From Intoshia linei (lineage: Eukaryota; Animalia; Orthonectida), in NCBI GenBank assembly GCA_001642005.1, contig LWCA01000197.1, positions 1-41,117 of the forward strand: 41,117 bases of DNA, in the 5' to 3' direction. Within the stretch, counting starts at the first letter, position 1, and every line of letters starts with the position of its first letter. A program made the position numbers and the translations under genes. Below, in pieces: positions 15,001 to 27,000 of this stretch. The notes beneath the pieces are model-generated. The model made no database searches and was not told the origin of the DNA. It saw only the letters and a list, made by a program, of their open reading frames with translations.

Positions 15001-18000
15001 TGCACAGCGTGTACACCTGGATCATATTGTGAAACTGTTGGTTTATCAGTAGTAACCGGGTCATGCATTGCTGGTTATTATTGTAAACTTGGTGCAACAA
15101 CAAAAACACCGATAGGTATTAAATTAAATTCACACGTTTACCACTAACCTTCAATATAGACGGTGTAACGGGAAATAAATGTACAATTGGTTCATATTGC
15201 CCTACTGAATCAAATACACCTATTGAGTGTATGGACGGTTCATATGCCCCTTCTATTGGACTCACGGTAAATCAAATTATTTATGAAATATATTTGATTT
15301 AATAATATCTATTACATTAATTTTATCAAAATTTTTTTCGTTATAATGGTCAAATCATTATAATTGTACAAAGAAACAAATGACTCACAAATGGTCATAT
15401 AAAATGTATCTTAAAGTTTACCAAATATTTTTTTTACCTATTAGTGATTTAAATTTAAATATTACAGTGGTTCAAAAATGATTATATGTAAGGAATATCT
15501 CTTTGAAGGGACATACTTATAACATGTAATCATCAAGAATTTTAATAAATTTTTTTTTAACGGTTTCATTTATTTTTTATTATAAATGGCAAATGTAATA
15601 TAGTAGTCAAATATTTACCTTCTTTGTTTCTTTTAACCATAATAACCTCTGCAATACATTTATTACTGTCTTTTTCTATTATTAAAATTAAATAAAATAT
15701 AATTTCCAATGATAATGTTTCCATTTTATTGAGACATTTTAAAATGATTAAAAGTTAAATTAGTGTGAAATATAACTTTTTTTCATTGTAAATAATAAAA
15801 CGTGCACCGCGAATTCGTTTATGATTATTTTTATAAATTTTTTACAGTTTTATATTATTAAAAAATATTTTAATATTATTTAAATCTACACGTTTATCAA
15901 AAACGACAAAAAAAGAAAAAAGTTGACACCCTAATGCAGTGGTTCCCAAAAAAATATATTGTCGGCCTCCCTCACAGTATACAAATATTTTTAGAAAAGA
16001 TCAATTAGTACAAACCTTTATTTTTACAATTAAGTATTATTTTGTCTATATCCGGTTCAATACTATACCATTACACTATCGATATAATCATTTTTACAAC
16101 CGATATGATAATAGCTATATTCAAAATGGAATAACGATTTTCAATATAATACCAATTACAAACGATGTAATATCAATTACGATCAATGTGATAATGTGGG
16201 TTTATTCGAAAAATCTTAAGTAAATATAAACAGAAACTTCGTTACAACTAATTAAAATTATAACAAGTATTGTATGGGCCAAAATTTTATATTTTTTACG
16301 TCACTACTGAATTTGGAGTCGTGATACTTTCGAAAATTTGAAAAACCGGTTATCGAATAATTCCGGTTATTTGAACAACGATTATCCGATTAATGGGAAT
16401 TTAAAATTTTTAACATAGAAACCAATAATCTTACTTATATAATATGCTACACGATTTTTGTTTGTGTATGTTCCACTTTATCGAAATAACTACCAGTCTT
16501 AGAATTTTATAAAGTCAACATTTCAATTACAGTTTTTAATTACAGATTAAGATTGCAAAATGTTATCACATTGAATTTAGTTATTTTCACATCGGTTGTA
16601 ATTATTATGATATTGATAGTGAAATGGTATAGTGTATGCTAATCTCAGATTATTTTGAACATCCATTTTTGATCTTTGTTTTGTTTTAATTATTGTCAAG
16701 CCAGAAATCTCGTAAGGGTTAATATTATTTAAATTTATTATAATCCTAAATTAATCCAAATTTCAAGAATATATTAATTAACAATCAAAATTAATTAATG
16801 TAAATATCAAATACTAAATCAAATTAATATTCACGATTCTAATTTAATTTTAAATTTTTCTTAAATCTGCGGCCCCCTCAGACTCTGTAGGCCCCCCATT
16901 TTGGAACCACTGCCCTAATGTACATGTATGTGTGCTAAATATTTTTCAAATTTCTCCACACCAGGATTGATAACTTTGGGCAACATGTCAACTATCTGGA
17001 ATATTAGGTTTTTTTTGACGCATAAGTATCAAATTAAACACTGTAAGTGGATGTAACAACAATTCAAAGCATAAAAACCACGTGCGTTGTAATGCAATCA
17101 ATTCATTGCAATTTAAAATTAAAAAATAATTATATATTAGATTTGTACCACTTGTCCATTGGGAAAATCGTGTACAAAAAAAATATCTGCTGATGATTGT
17201 AAAGCTGGTAAATATTATATAATTTATTATATATCATTAATTTTAATTAAAAAATACACCAATATTTTAATTAGGTCATTATTGTCCTATAGGAACTGGG
17301 TATAACACTGAACCTTGCCCAAGTGGTACGATAATTGCTTTTAAAAAATATATAACTTACTAGGAACTTTTTCATCTATAAAGGGACAAGGTAAATCAGC
17401 TGATTGCACACAATGCACTGCTGGGTCTTATTGTGAAGAAAATGGTTTAACAGCAGTTTCCGGGAAATGTACGGTTGGATATTTTTGTACAATAGGTAAA
17501 ATTATGACACTATTCAATTATTACATAAAACGTGTCTTGTGTCTAGTGATCGTTATAAAATTTGGATGGGTAAACCATTAAAAACATACCAAAGACTCAA
17601 TCTCCTAAAACCGTTGATATTAAATATATAATAAAAACTCGTTAATATAATAAGTATTATATAATTATTTACACACAATGTAATTAAAAATTTTTAGGGC
17701 TTAATGTCGCACATCCTGATATATCAATAAGTTTTGTTGGGACAGGAGGAATATGTCCAATTGGGTAATATATTTAGTAAAATTTTTAAAATCCTTTATT
17801 TAAGACAATTTTGCAAGTTGGGATCATCTTTACCGACAAATTGTCTAGCTGGAACATATCAACTAGATACTGGAAATGGTGATTGCATTGACTGTCCAGT
17901 CGGTAATTTAACCTTATTATTCATGTAAAAATTTATTAATTTAGGTTTTTTTTGTACAATCGGTTCTTCTTCTCCAGAAATCTGTCCAGTTGGTCATTAT

Positions 18001-21000
18001 TGTATATCGAAAACTATATCAAAGAATCAATACCCTTGTCCAGTGAGTACTTATAATTCTGATTCAGGTGCTACTACTTCTACAAATTGTTTAAAATGCC
18101 TTTCAGGCTATTATTGTGCTGGAGTAGGAAATGTGCAACCCACTGGAAAGTGCCAATCTGGATATTATTGTATTTCTAGTGTAAAAATTGGTGCACCTTT
18201 AAATATATTAACCGATGGAAATGGTGGTAAGTGTACAAAAGGCAATTTTTGTCCGAGTGGATCTATTAAAGAATCGCCTTGTGTAACTGGAAAATACTGT
18301 CCCAGTGTTGGCTTAGATGAAACATCCATGGCAATCTTTAAATGCAAAGCCGGGTATTATTGTCCAACTGGGTCTTCAATTGAAAACCCGAAAATATGTC
18401 CAAAAGCTCACTATTGTTTGATAGAATCACCATTGCCATTACCATGTCCCATAGGAACATTTTCTAATATGAAAGGATTACAGGCTAAAAGTGATTGTTC
18501 ACCGTGTACCCCTGGAATGTACTGTGAAACGGTAGGCCTAACTGCACCTACCGGTGCGTGCGCAAGCGGTTATTTTTGTACTGGCAGTGACACATCAAAA
18601 AATCCAATATTGTCAAAGTGTCCGGTTGGATATCAATGCCCTTTGCAATCCTCATCTAAAAATAAATGTGTAGCAGGTCAATATCAATCGCAAATTGGCC
18701 AAGGCAATTGTTTAAGTTGTCCGATGGGTTATTACTGTGATCCTTTACTTCTCACGGATAAAACGGTTGTTTCTCCTATAATTTGTCCAAAAGGATATTT
18801 TTGTCCAACTGGTACAAACAAATATTCTTCAAATTCGTGTCCGATAGGAACATACGGTATAAGAACTGGTTTAAACAGTGATACACATTGTACTTACTGC
18901 AAATATAAAAGTTATTGTGATGTTGTAGCTTTAAGTTTAGTTTCTAAAGTTTGTTTTGACGGATATTATTGTGAAGGAGGTGCACAAACCTCAAAACCTA
19001 ATACAGTAATCACTTTAACTGGAGGAATTTATAGTCCCGGAAAGTTTCATAACAAAATTTGCCCAAAAGGTTATTACTGTAAAGGTGGCATTAAGCAATC
19101 CTGTCCAATAGGAACTTATTTGGATAAAACTGGCTCTATACTAGTTTCGGATTGTATTGCGTGTCCTGGGGGGAAATATTGCTCTCATCAGGGAATATCT
19201 GTGATATCATCGTTACCAAATTGCAAAGCTGGATATTATTGTCCTTCTGGATCACCCAAACCAAATCCATTAGACTTGACTAAAGGTGGTAATTTATGTA
19301 CGATTGGCCACTATTGTCCAGAAGGCTCATCAGTTCCATTGGAATGTGCTACAGGAACGTTTTCACAAGTTGTTGGAAAAATATTATGTGACGTGTGTCC
19401 GAAGGGTTATTATTGTGATGTTAAAAAAATGAGTTCACCAAAAATTTGTCCTGTTGGCTCATATTGCACTTCAGGTTCAATTTCTCCAAAATTATGTCCA
19501 AAAGGGACATATAGCGATAAAACCGGATTATACGACGTAGTTGCATGTAGGTACTGTGATATTGGCTATTTTTGTCCTAATGAAGGAGAGTCTCAAGTTG
19601 TTAGTAAGTGCATCGTTGGCTATTTTTGTGAAGGAGGGGCACTAACCGATATGGGTCAATTCATTGGTCCGTTTACTAGGAACGGTTTATGTGATTATGG
19701 TCATTATTGCACACTTGGTACTATAAAACCAACACCTTGTCCAATGGGTACATTTAGAAACATATTGGGTGGCAAAACAGTTGCCGATTGTATCAAATGC
19801 ACTGCTGGAAGTTATTGTGCTACAACTGGTCTTCAAAATCCGACTGGACTTTGTTATCGTGGTTATTATTGTTCTGGTGTAACTGGAGCAACATTGCCGA
19901 ATCCCACAGCTAGCATCTGCCCAGCCAAGAGTTATTGCGTAGCTGGGTCAGTTTCTCCAAAAACATGTAAAATTGGCGAATATCAGCCACTCAAAGGACA
20001 ATGGGAATGCTTCATTTGTCCGAAAAGATTTTATTGTTTAAGTGGCGAAAAGCCGATCCCTTGCTTATCATTTCACTATTGTCCGAAGGGTTCATCTAAT
20101 CCAATTCCTTGCCCAGATGGAACTTATACAGACCTAAAAACAACAAAATTGGGAGCTGCATCCGAATGTCCTGTCTGTCCAAATTCAGTTTATTGTATCA
20201 ATGGAAAAACTGTGGGGCCTTGCGAAGCTGGTTACTTTTGTTCGTCTGGTGCTAGTTCATCTACACCTACGGATTTATCAATCGACTTTAAAAACTGTGC
20301 CACATCTTTGAACTGTGCAGGACCTTGTCCTCTTGGATATTACTGTAAATATGGTGCCAACGAACCTACTCCTTGTCCAAAGCATACGTATGCATTCAGA
20401 AGAGGGTCTAAAGTAGTGGATGAATGTGAACCGTGTCCTATTGGATACATGTGTGAACCGCACAAACCGCCCCAAATTTGTGATAAAGGTTTTTATTGCC
20501 CAGAAGGCCAAGGTAGACAACCGTGTCTAAAATACACATATCGCAATAGTTATGGTGGACAAACTATTCACGATTGTTTTCCGTGTTTGGCAGGTCATTG
20601 GTGTAACAGGAATGGAATGTCTGATATATCTAAAAACCTATGCCCAATAAACCATTTTTGTTTGGAAGGAAAAGATAAANGGTGGACAAACTATTCACGA
20701 TTGTTTTTCGTGTTTGGCAGGTCATTGGTGTAACAGGAATGGAATGTCTGATATATCTAAAAACCTATGCCCAATAAACCATTTTTGTTTGGAAGGAAAA
20801 GATAAACAAGGGTGTCTACCAGGGACTATGCGAACATCGAGAGGAGCAAAAAGTGCTTTAGAATGTGAAAAATGTTTGTCAGGTCATTACTGTGCAAATA
20901 ATGCAACTACCCGAATGGCGCCATGTGGAGAAAGAATGGCATGTCCTATTGGTACAGACAAACCAAATTGTTGCCAAGAAGGAAGATATTGCTTAGAACG

Positions 21001-24000
21001 CTCAGATGTTGGATTTGTTTGTCCAGGGGGTTATTGGTGTCCTGCATGTACTGGGTCAAAATTAAATCTATGTGAATATCCACAACTTTGTGAAAGGGGC
21101 AGTTGGAAACCGAGGTATTGTCCAATAGGTTATCGAGCCATTTTGCAATCAAATAGATCCTCCATTGCATCATCTTGCGAAGAGTGCAATTACGGCACAT
21201 ATTCTAATAATGATAGAACTGAATGTTTATTATGTACAGCAGGTTACTATTGTGTTGAAGGGGAGAAAATTAAATGTCCAGTTGGTCATTATTGCCCAGA
21301 AGCTTCTGAAAATCCTACGGCCTGTTTACCGGGAGAATATAACAAATTCACTACAAAATCAAGAAAAACTGATTGTACAAAATGTCCCGTCAATTATTTT
21401 TCATTTGGTGCAGCTGTCACGTGTATATATTGTGGGAAATCAGCAACTTCAAAATCGGGAGACGAAATTTGTACCTGTATCGGTAAAAACAGAATTTATC
21501 AAGCATCTGATGGATCATGTAAATGCAAAGGCGGCTACATTTTTTATAATCAATTTGATAAGACTACAAGCGAATTCGATTCATCGCGTGATTGTCAACT
21601 TATTGTTGATGCTAATTGTAAAATAGGTGAATGTAGATCTCCTATTAATCGATCTTGTATTAACGTTGGAAGTCAGAATTGTGCAACGTTTTGTGCTTCA
21701 CAGTCAGCTTATTTTGATTCTGAACAATGTCGATGTATTTGTCCTCTAAAAGTGGACATTTGCGACAATGATTGCGCTTTATCTTTACCTGTAATGACTG
21801 TTGTAAAAGCGATATCAGGAAAATTTTGTATTGAATTTAAGGCAACCGATAAACCAACGGATGTATTTACTGAAATGAACATTTTTGTCGGTACGCGATC
21901 AACTTCGTATTTAAAATCAACTCCAAAAATTAAAATTCAATATTGCAGTTTGATATCAACAAGTTTAGTGTGTTTTAATGTGAATTCCTTTAGTGAAATG
22001 AATAACATATATACAATGGGTAAATTTCAAATTTAGTTTAACTAATAAAGTATTTAGGCTTGAAAATCCCTCCTCAAGCAGTTCGACAGCCTATAGTGTG
22101 CCTTCAAAGAGGAGAAGGGATTGTATTTTCAATTAAACAAAACGTTACTTCTAGTAAAGTGTATTTAATGTATAATCGTAATCATTTATACAACACTGAT
22201 TTGAATTATGATTACGGTGATTTTGTTGAATTAAAAAACGTGTTTAATCAAGAAAAAAACGTTATGAATGGATTCTTTGTCGTTTTCAATAATCCAGGTG
22301 TATATGTCATACACAATTCGAAAATTATCGAAAGGTTGGTCAATTTATTATTTTTTTTTTTTAAAAACATGACCATAAAATTTAGTCAAGTCATCATAAA
22401 TGTCAAGAATAAAGATGTTCTGTGCGAAATTCCACGTGTTAAACCGTTAACAAAAACAGTCATCACTTCTTCAAGAATAGAAAAATTTGACGTCAAAAAT
22501 CAAGAGCCAAATATAAACATTATTATTGGTAATATTGAAATTTTAAAATGTTTATTTTTAATATTTTTTTAATTTTATAGGAATAATTTCTATATTTTGC
22601 GCATTTATATTGTTAATCATATTAATAATATTCATAACCAAACCAATCGACTCCAATATTTATCCAATGAAACATTGGATACCATATTATCGTAATTTAG
22701 GATACCCACCTTCAATAAGGAAATACTTAAAACACAAGTGTGATTCGTTTGAAAAGTAACTAATTTTTTATTATTGATATAAAATAATGTTAATAAATTT
22801 TTTTAAATTTAGAGACACACTGGAAATTTCTGGCGGTACTTTATTAAATGGATGCACTCTTGAAAAAAGTGAATTGGATAAATACAGTTTATTAAAAAAT
22901 TTCAATATGAAATTGTTTTATAATAAATTGACCGACCAGAAAACTATATTATCGAATCAATTGGATAAAATGGAAAAAAATCAAATGGATAAATTGAATC
23001 AATTTTCAGTTGAAAGTGATGAATTATTCGTCTTATTTGAAAAATTAATAAATATGAATAATTTTAAAAGTAATAAAGAAAGGGTCACTAAAACCAAAAA
23101 TAAATTGAAAAATTATGATCAAATTATTGAAAATATTTTTGATAAAATGGAAAACTTTGACACTGCAAATAAAAATGCTGGTAAGACGAAAGATTTTATT
23201 TACTTTATTTAAATTATTATTATTATTATATAGATACATGTATCGAAACAGACATAATTTCATTGCTAAGAATGTTAATTAAAAGTATTTTATCCGGAAA
23301 AGTCAATATATCAAATTTGGATATAAATAATACAATTTTTGCCAACATTTCAAATACCAATGTGGTTAACGTAGGGAAAAATGATGAAATTAAATACGAC
23401 TCTATTTATAAAAAGTATGAGTCTGAAATTCACAGTATTTTGTTGGATTATATTAAATTTATGGATAATTTAATCAACGAAAACCAAATAAAAATGAAAA
23501 AATCTGTTGGAGATATTGTTAAAGAGTATAATTTTGATCAATATAATTACACAAATTTAACAAAATTGATAAACAGATTATTAATCCAAATTACCAAAGA
23601 ATCAAATCAATTTCAATCAGCATTTTCAAAGTCTACAGTAAACTTTATATCGAATGTCAAGATTCAATATAGAATTGGAAATGATGTATTGGAGTCTATT
23701 GTAAAGAATTATTTAACTGGACAACTTCACTTATTGACTGTTGTGTATTACAATATTAAATACTCGACATTTCAGTATTACGATAATGCTTCATGTAAAA
23801 CATTAAATGATATGACAGTATCAAATGTTCAAGAATTGAATGATTATCTTGTTAAACATATTCAAGTAATTTTTTTACATTTTTAATTACAGTTAAAATG
23901 CTAAAAAAAAATTTAAAAATGAGTTGATTAATTTTTGTGATAACAAAAAAAATAACATGGCCATTCGCCTTGGCCATATATTTAAGAACATTATGGCTGA

Positions 24001-27000
24001 TTATGATATAATAATGAATATAATATTCATTATATAATTTTTAGAATTATGATCAAGCAAGTTATGAAACTACTGTTAAATCAAATCAAGATGCTGTTAA
24101 GACTATTAAGTATCAAGAATCATTGATTTATTCAAATTTGAAACTTTCATTGCTAAAATTGCATAACATCGATGCTACAGTTTTCAGTTTTGATAAATTT
24201 GCTGTGGAGGTTTTTATATTTAAATCTTGATTGGTTTTCGAATAATTATTTTAATATAGAGTTGCAAAAATATACTTGAATATGATAGAGACATAATAAA
24301 TTGCTTAAATCTGAACATTTTTCAAAAAAATATAGTAAAGTTTAGCCACAATGACCATATACATTCACTAAGAAATTGCTTACAAGTCAAAAAGGAGTTA
24401 ATACATAAAATGGAATTAAGCCGATACGATAATTGTTTGTTGATTCATAGTCAATTTATAGAGGTGACATTGTTATAATGTTTTTTTCTACATTAGAATG
24501 AATATTACAGATCGGGAACTTAGGTCCTTTAAAAAAATGTTTAGAACCCTGATATCCTGTGTACCTTATAAAATAAAAAAATATATATAGTGGTCGCTCT
24601 CCAAAGTCACCGTCTAAAACGATATTGTTAAAAATAGTATGAATATGTCTAATTAGTGAACTCTGAAAATTTTAAGTCAAAAATCAAAATTTAAAGTGAC
24701 CATTTCTGAATCAATTGGAATAAACAGTATCAGAATAACCTTTTTTTTTTTAAATTCTAAGACTACATTTGAAATGTATAATTTATTGGATAGTTTTTGT
24801 TTTTTTTGTTAATCAAATCAAATTAAGTTATTAAATCAAAAGAAATGAAAAGTGATTGAGAGAATGAGGGAGTGAATGGGAAAAATTTTTTTTTACTTAC
24901 GGCTCAATAATAAATACATAATAATTTGAATAATTTTAGAAAATTGATGAAACTAAATTAGAATGCTATGTTATGCACCATGAAAATAGCTTAAATGATT
25001 ATAAATATAATGTCCAGAATAATGATTATGAAAATGAAGTAAAGATGCAATAATCTATTACATTTACATTTAAATTTTAAATTATAAAAATTTGTGAGAG
25101 TATATCATTTTGTTTTTTAGAACAACTATAAACACATTCTAAGTGGAGAACGCAAAATTCTCATTCAAAACATTCTTGCCAATTTTAAAAAATATTTTGA
25201 TATTTACATTAAAGTTGTTGAATTTAAGCAAAATTCTGTCATGCTGGAAATGAAGAAGCGAATCTTCAAAATTCCGATTTTAACAATAAAATTTTCAAAT
25301 ACAATGAATGACATTGAAAAGATTTTTGTAATTTTTACTTTATTTTGTAGTTTTTAGTAGAGGGCTATTTTATGATTGATGCGGACAAAATTTTCTTTAA
25401 TTGGAGGATCATCAATAATATTTCGAGTTATAACTGTACTAAGTTTACTAACCTATTCTATGTTTTTGATATTTTCAATAAACTTCCTAATATTGGGATT
25501 TGATGCCCGATTAAATGCAAAAATTCGTCATTCTATTATTCACACAAATTATTCATTATAGGAAAATTATAGTCAGTAGCATTATTTTATTTTCAAGTAC
25601 TTCGTACAATAGATATGTACGTACAATAATTATTTAATGTGGGCCGTTTTTTTCTGTGTTTTTTTTGTAGATTACCCTGTTATATGACTATTTCCAGCAG
25701 GGATGTGGACAGAGATAGAGGATATATGACGGGCCTAATGTTTTAAATAAATAATTTTTTAAGGAATAGATTTTTTAATGCAGCTAACATCCCGGTACAG
25801 CAGTGCTTTCTAACTGGTGTGTCGCCAAACTTTTAAAATTTTATTAAAAAAATCTGTTGATCCAAAGAAGAATTTATTAGATATCAACATTTATATTATA
25901 TCTAATCGACTGTATTTGAAATGATGGCATTATTTTATATTGTTTCACTTTTATTCACATAATTTCAATTTTAATTTCAAATTTATTATCACATTACATG
26001 GATAAGTTTTAATTTTTCATACATAAGCTTATTTTCGGATTATTATTAGAAAAAAATTGGTTTAACTGTATTTATTAATCAATCGTTTATTTTTTTAATT
26101 GATTTGTCGCTAATTTTTTGAAATTGAAATATGGGTCGCCAATAGTGATTGTACCGGAAAAAAAACCGGTACAAAATTTCCCGGAATTTTCACGATTTTC
26201 CAGAATGTCCCGAAAAAAAATGAGAAATACCTATATTTGATTTATGTTTGTTATGAATTTACTATGAAAATATGATTATATTATAATATTTAAAATTTAC
26301 TATTTCAAAAATCCCACCACTAATAAAATTTAATCAAAAATACCATTTCAAGCCCTCATGGAAAAATTGACTTACACCGAAATTCTTTTCAAAAATCCGA
26401 TTTTACGAAATCTTATGAAAAAATCTAATTTTCTAACGCTCAATGGAAAAATATCCTTTTTCCAATATTTTTTTAAAAACATCTTATTCCAACCACAAAT
26501 TACTAATGCTTAAGAGAATTATCTTCTTTTTCCAATATTATTTTAAGTTATGTATAATATTATTTAAATATTATGAGTTGTTACGAACTGGAACGCTATT
26601 ATCAAGTTTGTTAAAATTAAATGGAGCCCTTATAACCGTTTATTCTACTTCAACACAAAATGAAAGAAATTTCTCTACTGCTTCTATATTATATATGAAT
26701 AAAAATTTTTTATTTTACCCGGGAAATCACAATCACTAGTCGCCAATCAAAAATGCTTGGAAAGCACTGCGGTAGAGCTATTGAAAAAATTTGGAAACCG
26801 CATGATAATAAACAATGGATAGTGTAACCAAAATGCATTTTTAAATGTGTATATAGGGCCTACACTTTTAATAGATTATCCAGAGGTGGTGAAATATTTT
26901 GAGTTGCCACAAAATGACACAATAATATTAAGGTTCACTTTGGTTCTGTTTTAAGTACATTTTATTAAGATTAGCGTAATGAAACGTTTTAAAAATTAAG

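Larger units (their letters stand above)
15937..16912. mobile_element. hAT (Charlie/Buster-type) MITE with nested insertions
   Basis: TIRs CAGTGGTTCCCAAA / TTTGGAACCACTG; perfect 8-bp TSD CCCTAATG at 15929-15936 and 16913-16920. Confidence 0.9.

Noticed and set aside
15939-16223. 94-aa ORF
   Set aside because: It starts in a MITE TIR and crosses a nested repeat boundary.
2871-17928. Many short Cys-rich ORFs as separate small genes, or stop-codon reassignment
   Set aside because: All join through GT-AG introns with consistent phase under the standard code. The stops lie in introns.
20680-20733. Programmed frameshift or two overlapping genes (896 aa and 440 aa ORFs)
   Set aside because: Fully explained by the 126-bp duplication around the N gap.
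18165-21626. Antisense and alternative-frame ORFs (18165-18347, 20278-20520, 20946-21200, 21165-21626)
   Set aside because: Shadows of the long coding exon with no independent features.
25376-26739. ORFs 25376-25561 and 26443-26739
   Set aside because: Intronic or within a MITE, with low-complexity composition and no motifs.
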